Source: Camelus dromedarius
Taxonomy: Eukaryota
Length of the DNA stretch: 64,000 nucleotides
Direction of reading: 5' to 3'
Assembly (NCBI RefSeq): GCF_036321535.1
Contig: NC_087436.1
Coordinates: 29,948,001-30,012,000 of the forward strand
Position 1 is the first letter of the stretch. Each line of letters begins with the position of its first letter. Positions 54,051 to 64,000 of this stretch are shown here, in pieces. The notes under the pieces were generated by a model. The model did not search any database. It saw only the letters and a program-made list of their open reading frames with translations, and was not told the origin of the DNA. The position numbers and the translations under genes were made by a program.

Positions 54051-55849
54051 CTTACTTTTTTTCTATTAAGGCAAGAGTGGTCATGTTTAGAATTCATAGT
54101 TATCTCACCTCAAGTGTAAAATGTATTCTAGCACACATAGAATAAATAATTTAAAATTTTTCCTCAATACTGTATTTATAAACTAGTGTATTTATAAATA
54201 TGAGTTTAATAGCATCAATATAATTTTTTATTTTCAAATTGAAAATCAGAAGAATGTGTTTTCTTCTATGACTATTCTAATTTTTTACTCAGTCAACATT
54301 AATGAAGTTACTACTTTAATACTGTGTAAGGCAGGTATTGCCCAACATGTCTTACATTTAATAAGAATACTGGACTTATTTTAAAAGAGCTTCTTTCAAA
54401 TTTTTTATAACTTATCTGAAATGTTTGATAGTTTAACTAATATCCTCAGTTAAAAAAATTTTCTTGGAAGTTTTGGTAGACTGTTAACTGTTTTATTGCA
54501 AGAATAATTAGCTCTGCATTTAGCACTATGCCTATACATAGGACATATTTATTGAATGAATATTACATTATACCAGATGAATGAATGATACATTGAGTTA
54601 TAGTTAATCAAGATATAATTGAAAAAGTCATTCTCATACTTACAAGTTTTTCTAGATCTAGTCAAACTCAATTTTACCTAAGGATCTTTTCTCTCTCTCT
54701 CCCCTTTTCCATGATATTTATAATAACAAAATTACTTACCCAGTTCACCTTATGAATTCCTTTCTTTAGATAAATTATTTAGCTATTAACTACATGACCA
54801 CTTATGCTCTAGAGTGTAAAATGCGCTGCAGTTTGAGAGTGAGGCACTGCGTAGCATATGCTGGAAAGAGAACGATGTAAAGAGGACTAGGAGTCTAGGG
54901 ACCACATACCTAGGATAGCGATACAGGATAAATTATATCTAGGAATCCTGAGATTTTATAAGAAATGGAAAGAACGTGCACCTTTTTAATGTGGTATATG
55001 ACATTTTCTTATGGAAGGCTAAGAGTAATTTTCTGTTTTGATGTTTTATTTTGCTTTTCCAGTTAGAAGGCTCCCTAATGTCTGGAACTTATACTACCTA
55101 AACTTACGAAGCTCTGTGCCACAGATAGCAAACACTTGCAGTTACTCTGCAAATCCTATCTTTGTGAGTTCGAATTTTCTAATATTGTGTAAGCAAAGAG
55201 AAAATTTAAAATTTTTAACTGAAGTGGAACTTGATTTAAAAATTTTAACTTAAATGGAACAGACTTTTATGCAAGAGTGCTTATAATACCACTCATTTAT
55301 TTTTATACAAATGTTTTGTAATGACTAAATCATTATTTCTATTCTTAGTCTAAAATACATCCATGCCCTGTTAGTCTATCTAAAACTAGAGCATTAAACT
55401 CACATATTACTCACCTGCCATTAATAACAAACAGAATGGGCAAGGGGTATCTGATTGCATGTTAGAAGTACAGTTTGTAAGCCAGACTCAAACAATGCCT
55501 ATGAGATTTGGCATGGTTTATTTACCCCTTTGGTCTAGAAGTGTTTTTTTGATTGCTTGTTTGTTTTGTTCTGCTTTGCTTTTTGTTTTTGTTTTGATAT
55601 TTGTGTGAAACAAACAAACAAAGATATGTTGGACTAAATCATTGTTACCAAAAATGTAAAAAAAAAAAAATTGTTAGTTCTCTAGTTTTGTGAGGTTATT
55701 GATAGGAATTGTGCAATAACTTAAAAAAAAAAACCCACAGTATTTTGTCAGCTAACATTATTGTAAAACACTGGATTGAATGAATGTAGACAGAGTTCTT
55801 AACTATAATAGCCTACAGTATGGAAGGATAAAAGGCTGCCTGGAGAAGG

Positions 55850-56040
55850 TCTGAAGTGACTTAGCTCATAGCTAATGCCAACCAACGCACTTGTGGATGA
55901 GGTCATCTTAGATCTTCTCATCCACCCAATCAGCTACATAAGAGGAAACCAGAAGAGAATCACAGATCATGAAAAATAATAAACTGTTGTTGACTTAAGA
56001 TATTAAATTTCGTGCCCCTTTGCTATGACAACTAAAACCA
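55850..56040 (+). mobile_element. MLT1 (G/H-like) MaLR LTR 3' fragment
   Basis: gaggtcatcttagatc; cacagatcatgaaaaataataaactgttgttg. Confidence 0.65.
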
Positions 56041-56044
56041 TGAT

Positions 56045-56250
56045 TCTTACTAAATGCTAAGAATGTTCTATATTAACTTACATACCCCTCACAGTAAACT
56101 TCAGTGGAAGCACTATTTTTTAGATCCCCATTTATACATGAGAAAATAAGGCAAAATTTACAACTTGTTGAAAATTATCAAGTTAGTATGTGGGAGAACC
56201 TGCATTCAAACTCAGTGAGTCTATCTCTAGAGATCTCTCTAAACCCCTAC
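56045..56250 (-). mobile_element. MIR
   Basis: atccccatttatacatgagaaaataaggc; attcaaactcag. Confidence 0.7.
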
Positions 56251-56639
56251 CAGTTCTACTCCTATTAGTACGAAAGATCATTTTATTTTTATTTCCAGGC
56301 TCTCATTTGGAAATCATATTGATTACAATCAGTGTCACTGAAAAAAATAAGATAGCATCGTTAATTAATATACAAAAAAAAAACTAATTTTTCAAACTCA
56401 TCAAATTTAAATTTGGTTGCACTCTAAAATATAAATTTATTACAATCAGACAGATATTTCCTTTTAGTTATATAATAATAATAGAAAATACATCCAAATG
56501 CTCTTATCTGAATTTGATGAAATTTGATCGTCACATTCAGTAACCAAGAAATTCTTGTTTTGACATTAAACTATTTCGGTCCTGATCAGCTTACACATTC
56601 TTTGATAGTTATTCCACTACTACAAGTTGAAATAGAATA

Positions 56640-56800
56640 ACGAAGACCAGCAATTGAACACTGATTTATGTGCCAAGCCTTTGCTAAACACTTTACATGA
56701 TGTGATACTTCATTTAGCCCTTAGAACAATCCAAGGAAGTAGAGAGGATGACTATTCCTTTTACACTATGAGGAAAGGGTTAGAAAGAATGGGTTAAATT
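56640..56800 (-). mobile_element. MIR fragment
   Basis: tatgtgccaagcctttgctaaacactttacatg. Confidence 0.7.
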
Positions 56801-57607
56801 TGGCCAAAAAATTAAACTTGCCAACAGATTAGTCTTAACCAAAGCTGGAAAAGAAATGATATATTGTACTATACTCAGTTGTCACATGGATTGTTTATTT
56901 AACTCTGAGTCTTAAAAGCAGCTTAGCTTAAGTAAAAACAAATCCTCCTGACATGCCTTTGAGCATTGTGAGGTTTAATGATGCCTAGCGTAGCAGTGTA
57001 ATTAACAGTACCCGTGATATATAACAATGCTATGTTTTGTGCTATAAACAGAAGGCTTATGCCAGATTGCTTGTTAAGGTACACACGGTATCGAAGTACA
57101 CCAGATGAAACAATCCCCCAGTACCCATATAATGAGGTAAAGACATCTGTAACATAATTCTAGAACTTGGAATGTGAAGATTTAAAGACTTTGTAATGGT
57201 ACAGATGGAATTATCACCAACCCCAAGGACACTGTGACTAGAAATGGATCAGCCCCCAGTCATACTCGACCACTAAAAGATAAATTGTGTCTGCCCTCAG
57301 TAACAACATAAAATAACATCCCTGAGGTTAATGGTAAATCTTAACTGCAAAGGAACATCACAATCTCAAGTGAAATATAAAGATTTCTTTCAGCATGAAT
57401 ACAGTACACATTGAGAGACAGCAAAATGATTATAAATCACTGACTTGATGGATAGTTTTTTAAAAATAAGAGTCATATGAGAAACACCTACCTTCAATGT
57501 ATCTAGAGAGACTTAAATGTGCAGCAGGTAAATGAATTTACCCACCCATGTCTAACTTCTAGAAATGTGAGTCATTTCAGCTCATATTGTACAACACATT
57601 TCTGATA

Positions 57608-58026
57608 CAGTAGTCGCCCCTCTCTGTGGGGGATGCATGGCAAGACCCCAGTGGATGCCTGAAACCACAGACAGTACTGAAACCTATAAATGCCAAGTTT
57701 TTCCTATGCATACATAGATATGATAAACTTTATCTATGATGAAGTTTAATTTGTAAATTAAGCACAGAAAGAGAATATCCAAATTACCAACATGACTATT
57801 TTTCTGCTTTGGGGCCGTTGCTAAGTAAAATAAGGGTTACTTGAACACAGGCACTAGGACTATTGCAGTTGATCCGAACTTTCGTCATGCTACTCCAAAT
57901 AGGGTTCAATGTAAAATTTAAGAATTGCTTATTTTTGGAATTTTCCACTTAATATTTTTGGACTGCAGCTGACTTTGGGTAACTGAATCCATGGAAAGCA
58001 AAACTGTAGACCATGAGGGACTACTA
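57608..58026 (+). mobile_element. MER44 (Tigger7-derived TcMar) MITE
   Basis: TA|CAGTAGTCGCCCC...caagaccccagtggatgcctgaaaccacag...GAGGGACTACTA|TG termini. Confidence 0.9.
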
Positions 58027-58254
58027 TGCTGAGAACTATAAAGTCATTTACCTATTGATATTACATATATATGTATATATATATATGTAATTAAGACATA
58101 CAGAGAGAGAAAAAGAGAAAGAGATACATACAAACAGAGGGAAAAAAGAAGGAAAAAAAAAGAGATCAGATACCTGGAATGTGAGTAGTGGAACACCTCA
58201 TTACTGAGGAGCCAATTCTAGACTGCAGCTACGTGTCTTATATTGTGTACCTCT

Positions 58255-59035
58255 ATTGTGAGGTGGGGAGGGCAAGTCAAAAGTTTTCAGAAACTGATAG
58301 GTCCAGAGAAACTGTCTCAAAACAGCCTCCCAGGGAGGAGAGAAGGCAAGTGGGAGATGGCCTCAGAGCAACTCCTTCTGTCCTAGGAGGATCACATGCT
58401 GTTCTACCAAGACTCAGACTAGGGGTCGTTCAAACCTTGCTGACATGGCCCATGGATATGCACAAGGCCACCAGGATGCCATGTGGAACCAGTTCCCTAC
58501 AAGCCAGGGTTCCTGTGGTTTAAAGATGACCAAGAGTGTGTAAAAAATTAGTAAACTGAAACCTCAATTAAATTGAGCCGGGTGACCATCAAGGGGAGCT
58601 TTCATACTCCACAACTGGAGTAGAGCCCATTAAGAAGAATCCTCTTCTTTCTGGCAGGGACTCAGCCAATGAAAAGCCACGGACTCTTTGCTTACTATAG
58701 CCCTCCCAACTTCCTTTTCTCTTCTACCAAAGTATATTCTTTCCCTTGCCTCTGGGGGACTTGCCTGTGGCTGGCCATGGTTGCAGACCCTCAGTTGCAA
58801 TTCACTGCTGATTCCGAATAAACCCATCTTTGCTGGAGACATATCTGGCATCTTGTTTCAGGTCAACAAGCGCATGCCAGCTTCTGTATCAGGTTGTCCA
58901 CTTGTAGGGCATGGAGGAAAGAGGAGGAGGAGGGACTTGAAATCTGTGAGTAGTCAAACATCAAAAATGGAATCTTTCTTTTTGTTATACATGTACAAGG
59001 ATTGTCTTTGGCTGGAGAGCACTGGCAACTACCAC
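58255..59035 (+). mobile_element. Ancient LTR (LTR78-like), split by a younger solo LTR
   Basis: cagagaaactgtctca...cagggaggag...ggccaccaggatgccatgtggaaccag; continues after 58872. Confidence 0.55.
58539..58868 (+). mobile_element. Solo LTR of the same family as the 44647-51193 provirus
   Basis: TGTAAAAAATTAG...ccatggttgcagaccc...AATAAACCC...AGGTCAACA; TSD AGTG/AGCG (CpG decay). Confidence 0.93.
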
Positions 59036-59049
59036 TATTCTTTGTCTGA

Positions 59050-60100
59050 CTTCCTTACTAACAGGAGCTCCTTCCTCCAAGTCACTCAGTCAGAGACTTC
59101 TATTATCATATCCTAGGCTTTGTGATTATTAATAACTGTGACACCATAAAAATCTCAATTTCAAGCATCACACTTTAATTATTGCTTATCTTTCCAATTA
59201 CTTTCCACTTTATCTCTTTCCAGTACTTACACGCCAACAATATTTTGACTTCCTCAGCTTCTCTAATTAACTACTTTACCACTTTTTCCTATTTCTTTAG
59301 CCATTTTTGTGCTGTTCTTCACTAGGTAGAGTTCCTACTTGGCCGCTTTGTACTCTTCACTGCCTTTGGCCATTTATGTACTGTCCTTGCCCCATTTTTT
59401 CTGTTAAAAACATTTAGTAAAACTTTAATCCCGGTCGAACCTAAATTCTCAGTTCTTCATCTTTCCCTAAGCAACTGAATGTGCACATATACAAAGGATA
59501 ACCAATTCATACATATAAAGAATAACTGATCTCAGTTGACTATGTAGCTACAAAGTTTGTGTTTCATACTTTCTTACTCTCCAAAAAAGCTTTTCCACAT
59601 GCCCTTGTGTCTCTTGAAACATCCAAACTTCTTTTACCTTCCTGTTCTCAGCAGAAAATTCCCTTCCTATCCCAGCAAGAGAAATTTAAGCATTTAGAAA
59701 AGTCTAACTTTCTAGTCATCAAATTTAGCAATACAGCTGTATCTTGACCAATATTTTCTGACTACTGTCCTGATGCACAAATTCAGTTATTTCTTTCTGA
59801 AGCCAGCCCTTAAAAACTGTACGCCGGATCCCTGATCTTTCTTCCTTATTCAAAGACCGTCTTCCTACAATCACTTCCTCTGTCTCTGTATCATTAATTA
59901 TCCTCTCATTATTAACTCAGTCCCATTAGGTTAAAAACATATTGTAACATATCTCATCCTTAAAAAAGAACAATAACCAAAAAAAACCCAAAATCCTGAT
60001 TCCCATATGCCACTTACTTCCCCCAAATTCACTTCCTTTTTACAGCAAATACCCTTGGGAGTACTTTATTTGCTGTTTCACTATCTTACTTCTGGCTCTA
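59050..60100 (+). mobile_element. L2 internal fragments
   Basis: Pyrimidine-rich L2 pattern (ggatccctgatctttcttccttattcaaagac; catatctcatccttaaaaaa). Confidence 0.6.
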
Positions 60101-60172
60101 CTACTTATTTTATTGTAAAATATTTCATATATTCAAAATGACAATATATACAATATTTCATCAAGTCTAAGT

Positions 60173-60727
60173 TGACAGTGCTTTTCAGCCCAAAGCTACC
60201 AGAAACATATTTGTAGTTGACCAAGTTGGATGAACATATACCATGGGAAAACACGGGGTGTTTCAGTAAGAGGAAGGGAGCAAAGTCTTATGAAATGTTT
60301 GGATTTGGGTTAAGTGCCTCTGGGAAGGGATTTGGGTAGTGGGGCTTTGTTATGTATTGGATGCTTTCCTGGATCAGGGATAATTCAATGATTAAATATC
60401 TTAACACTTCTTACTGGACCAAGGATGAAATAGCAATCAGTTAAAAAAAAAAAAAAAGCAGCAGTCATTCCTATTAGTGAAGACAGGGGAGCATTTGGTC
60501 ACTTTTGTGGTTTGGAAAATGTTCATGTTTTGTTTTGTGATCAGACATGATTATTTTGTGGACTTGATTTTTTCTTGATCTTGGATGATCACGGATTTGT
60601 CTTGTCTGATATTTATATTCATGTTCAATATGGCCAAGAGGTGAGAAACAGCTTTGGACAAAGCCAAGGCATAGCTGGTAATTGCAGGCTAACTCCTGGG
60701 TGATAGAGGCTGCCTTTCTCTTTCTCA
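60173..60727 (-). mobile_element. MER90a/MER110-like ERV1 LTR
   Basis: Minus strand TGAGAAAGAGAAAGGCAGCC...CCAGGAGTTAGCCTG...GGCTGAAAAGCACTGTCA. Confidence 0.8.
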
Positions 60728-60739
60728 CTGTGCTGTGTG

Positions 60740-61020
60740 AATGCATGTCACCTAATATGATTACTGAAGTCTTTGTGAGGAAGAACAGAATGAGCTCGAT
60801 GGAATCTTCAAAGGAACAAGAATGGCAAGGAGGCTGGTATATTGTGCAAAAATGTGTGTTTGGGGTATATGGTCTGATGTCATATGCTTCAAAAAACCTG
60901 AAGTTTCTTGAGAAAGGAGCGAGGAGAAATAAAATGGCAGTAGCAAGGAAAACCAAAATAAGGGCAGTTTCCTCACCTCCAAAGCTTATGTGGAGTATGT
61001 GTGTGAGAGAGAAAAACAGA
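60740..61020 (-). mobile_element. L2 internal fragment
   Basis: ctgatgtcatatgcttcaaa...ggagaaataaaatggcagtagcaagg...cctcacctcc. Confidence 0.5.
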
Positions 61021-61034
61021 CCTATCACCTGAGG

Positions 61035-61465
61035 AAGACAAGTGATGTCTGCAGGGAATTTTCCCTTCCGTAATTGAAACCGTGTCCCTTACAACTTTGG
61101 AGGCCACATAACCGAGCTTTGACCAGTAAGACATGAGGGTGAATCACTGGCGAACTTTTGTTTTCCTGTTCAAACAGGCAGACACAGCCGTCTGTACTCT
61201 CTTTTTCTTTATTATTACCTTCAGATAGAGCCAGATGCTTTGACCTATGTCAGTCATCCTCCTACTAAGAGGCAAGGCAAAAACATGAGGACAGGAAACC
61301 ATCATACTGAGAATAACAGGGCAGAAGTACAGAAATTGAACCAAACTAGTGAAACGTCTATATCTGGGCTTCAGGTTTTGTGCATAAAAGTATATTCATA
61401 TTTGTTAAGCCTCTTGCCAAGAATATACTACTTACAGATAAAAGCAATCAAATGCAACTGAAACA
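61035..61465 (+). mobile_element. MLT1K/L-like MaLR LTR
   Basis: ggccacataaccgagctttgaccagtaagac; ttgttaagcc...tacttacagataaaagca...aactgaaaca terminus. Confidence 0.75.
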
Positions 61466-62499
61466 AAAATATTTCGAAAACTATAGAAACTTGTTTAGGT
61501 CAGACTGAAGATTCCAGAGGATACAGTGGAAACATTTGTTTGGGTGGTGGTTATTAATCAGACCAGACAAATGGAGGAGCCCTGGTTAGGATGGACGACC
61601 TGGAGGGCCTTACCCATTAGTGGTGCCCAAATGCCTGATTGTTTCAGGGAAATGTCGATTCTAACATAATCTATATTGTAGAAGTGATTTCTTTCAAAGT
61701 TTTTAGTAGTGAAGGAGACAGTGATCTGGTGGGCAGGTGGCGTCTGATATGGAGTGAGGAAGGAGATTGAACCAGAATAAGTGGAGCTCTGCGGGTCTCA
61801 ATCAAGTGCTAATTTCAGCCTCTGCCCAACACCCATTTTGTTTGTTTTAAAGGAGAACAGAAAGTTTCTCTTGATACCATAGGCTGACTTAGTTTTAAGT
61901 GACTTTTGTCCATCTCTATATACAAGCTGATTTTTGGTCAAATAATAATAATCTGAGTAATTAATTTTATGCCCACTGAATTGTTCATCTCTTTATATTC
62001 TGTATAGAATACTTGAAAATCTATAAAACAAACTTGTGAACATATACAGAGAAAGAGACCATATTCTACTATTGTTCCACATACTTTTAATTTTCGATTT
62101 GGAAGGATCTGTTTCCCTGGAACCAGACTCCTTAAATTCGCTCCATGCCTAACTGAATAGTTAAATATATATAAGCTCTGGGAGGTTTTCTGAGGATAAC
62201 ATCTGTGGAAACTTTTTGATATTCTATTTTGAGTGGATTTGACACCATAAGCGTTATGTCCCAATAAAAGAAAAAGATAATAGTCATGCTGTGCACTAAG
62301 CTTTCTCTGATTTATTATCAGTGTTCACAGCCATTTTCATTTTCCTGTATAATTATTTCATTATTGATTTTAATGAGACTTTAATAAAAACTCAATTTTT
62401 ATGAGTAAATTTTCTTTCTAGCTCTCTGACAATTAATTAAAGTTCTTGTAATGTTTACATGAGTTATTTGTCTGTTTCTTCTTTAATCCATCCCTTAAA

Positions 62500-62628
62500 T
62501 TCTCCTTTAATTGCTTCTTCATGCTTTCATTGTTTCTATTCTTTGACCTTCCTCCTCTTCTTTCTCCACTCCCTCTGCCTTTCCCCTCCTTCCTTTCTAG
62601 TCTTCTTTCATTCCCTTCTCTCCTGACT
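62500..62628. repeat. CT-rich low-complexity tract
   Basis: Seen directly. Confidence 0.7.
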
Positions 62629-62629
62629 T

Positions 62630-62995
62630 TTGAAAAATTGAGACATAACTGACATATAACATTGTATTCACTGTAAGTATTGTGCAACATAATGATTCAA
62701 TATATGTATATACTGTAAAACGATTACCACAGTCAGTTTAGTTCACACCCATCACCACATAGTTTTGTTTTTCTCTCGTGATGAGAACTTTTAAGATGTA
62801 TTCTTTTAGCAACTTTCAAATATATAGTAGAGTATTATTAACTATAGCCTCCATGCTGTACATTAGATCCTCAGAATTTATTTATCTTCAAACTGAAAGT
62901 TTGTACCTTTTGACCCCCTTCACTCATTACAGCCACCCGCCACCACACACCCACTTCTCTGGCAATCTGTTCTCTGTATTCATGAGTATTGGAAT
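62630..62995 (-). mobile_element. L1MA9-like 3'UTR
   Basis: gtgatgagaacttttaagat...ttagcaactttcaaatata...ccatgctgtacattagatcctcagaa. Confidence 0.9.
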
Positions 62996-63089
62996 CCTGA
63001 CTTGTCTGAAAAAGAATTTATGGTAATTAAGTGTGTTTTGTTTTACACACTTCTAAGTGTTCTAAGATGGAAGATAGCTACCTTCCAAA

Positions 63090-64000
63090 TGTGATGTATA
63101 ATATGATTATAAATTAATATTTGCTTGTACTCCAAATTTTAAATGTATGAAGGTAGAAATAGAGGTGACAATTTTTTTATGTTCATTTTAGAAATCTAAG
63201 AACTAACTATCCAACTTAGGCTATAATCTTAATTTAATGTTCAGATAACTGCATAAAAGTTTGTATTTTATTCAGTGATCTTCTGTAAGTTGTTTTCCAC
63301 TTTATAATCTTAGTATAATAACATGCTAGCCTTAAAGATAACACATTTGTTTTCATGGGCATCCATTTTTAAGCAAATAAAAAGATGCTTAAATTTTTAA
63401 ATGCTTTGTAAAAATGCCAAATTCTGTTTGAAAAAGGCTGGTTAATATCAACGTCAGGGAAATAAAATATAATTATTTCTATAATTATTTCTCTATGCCT
63501 TCAACAATGCTGAATCTTGTAAAATTTTGTTTTATTGACAATATGATGATTATAAGATTTTATTGTATTAGCAGTTACTTCCTTGACTTCCAGCAGGGTT
63601 AAGAATAACTTTATATGTTTACTACTCCACTAAAATCCCTTTTCTGTGAAATGTTCATTTATATTTGCCCTCTGATTTGTTGTTCTTGATTTTCTTGTCT
63701 CACTTGTCTTGCTCTTATGAATGATTAGTATTTCTGTGCATATTTTTATATCACATTTGGTCATATTTTCTCCAAGCCTGTCATGTATATTTTGATTTTG
63801 TTAATTCTGTTTGTAGGCTGTTGCTATATAGATTTTTAAAATAAGTTTCTACAATGCAAAATATGTTAAATTTATCACAGTGACTGGTATCCCCAACCCT
63901 AATACATAGGTATAGGTATGGAATAGATTTTACCTTCATCTCAATCCTTTTATTTTTCAAATTTAGCAGTAGCATAATTTTTAATGATGTGGATTTAGAA
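63090..64000 (-). mobile_element. Old L1M fragment, very decayed
   Basis: ttttctgtgaaatgttcatttatatttgccc; catattttctccaagcctgtca. Confidence 0.5.

Noticed and set aside
43620..61465. LTR orientation bias implying a host-gene intron
   Set aside because: LTR elements occur on both strands in similar numbers
60474..61470. Long ORFs (184 aa minus, 116 aa plus) and nearby GNFPF-like text, suggesting a gene or a non-retroviral endogenous virus
   Set aside because: The sequence is explained by a MER90a-like LTR, L2 and MLT1K; manual translation showed no ordered parvovirus, bornavirus or filovirus motifs
1..64000. CRISPR arrays, tRNA/rRNA genes, CpG-island promoter, prokaryotic systems
   Set aside because: None seen; the sequence is mammalian, CpG-depleted and has no regularly spaced repeat-spacer structure

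Overview
AT-rich, CpG-poor mammalian DNA (probably laurasiatherian, judged from the L1 3'UTR and ERV1 LTR types) that reads as a gene desert or the inside of a very long intron. I recognise no host protein-coding gene, and the supplied ORFs are mostly chance or TE-derived. The window is largely decayed repeats: L1, L2, MIR, MaLR/ERVL/ERV1 LTRs, and MER20, MER58A and MER44 DNA transposons. The main structure is a class I (gamma-like) provirus on the minus strand (44647-51193) with both LTRs, an AGGC target-site duplication (TSD), a polypurine tract (PPT), decayed gag-pro-pol and no env. The same family occurs twice more in the opposite orientation. One copy is an LTR-less 1.5-kb RT/connection fragment (33450-34950) that shares an in-frame stop and other derived changes with the provirus; the other is a solo LTR (58539-58868). 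Secondary observations are an enhancer-like repeat-free block near 12 kb, a templated-insertion scar at an L1 tail, a 5'-end-only L1 inside an L2, weak plus-strand exon candidates, and no recognisable young SINE. Repeat family names come from remembered consensus sequences, not from a search, and boundaries of old repeats are approximate.
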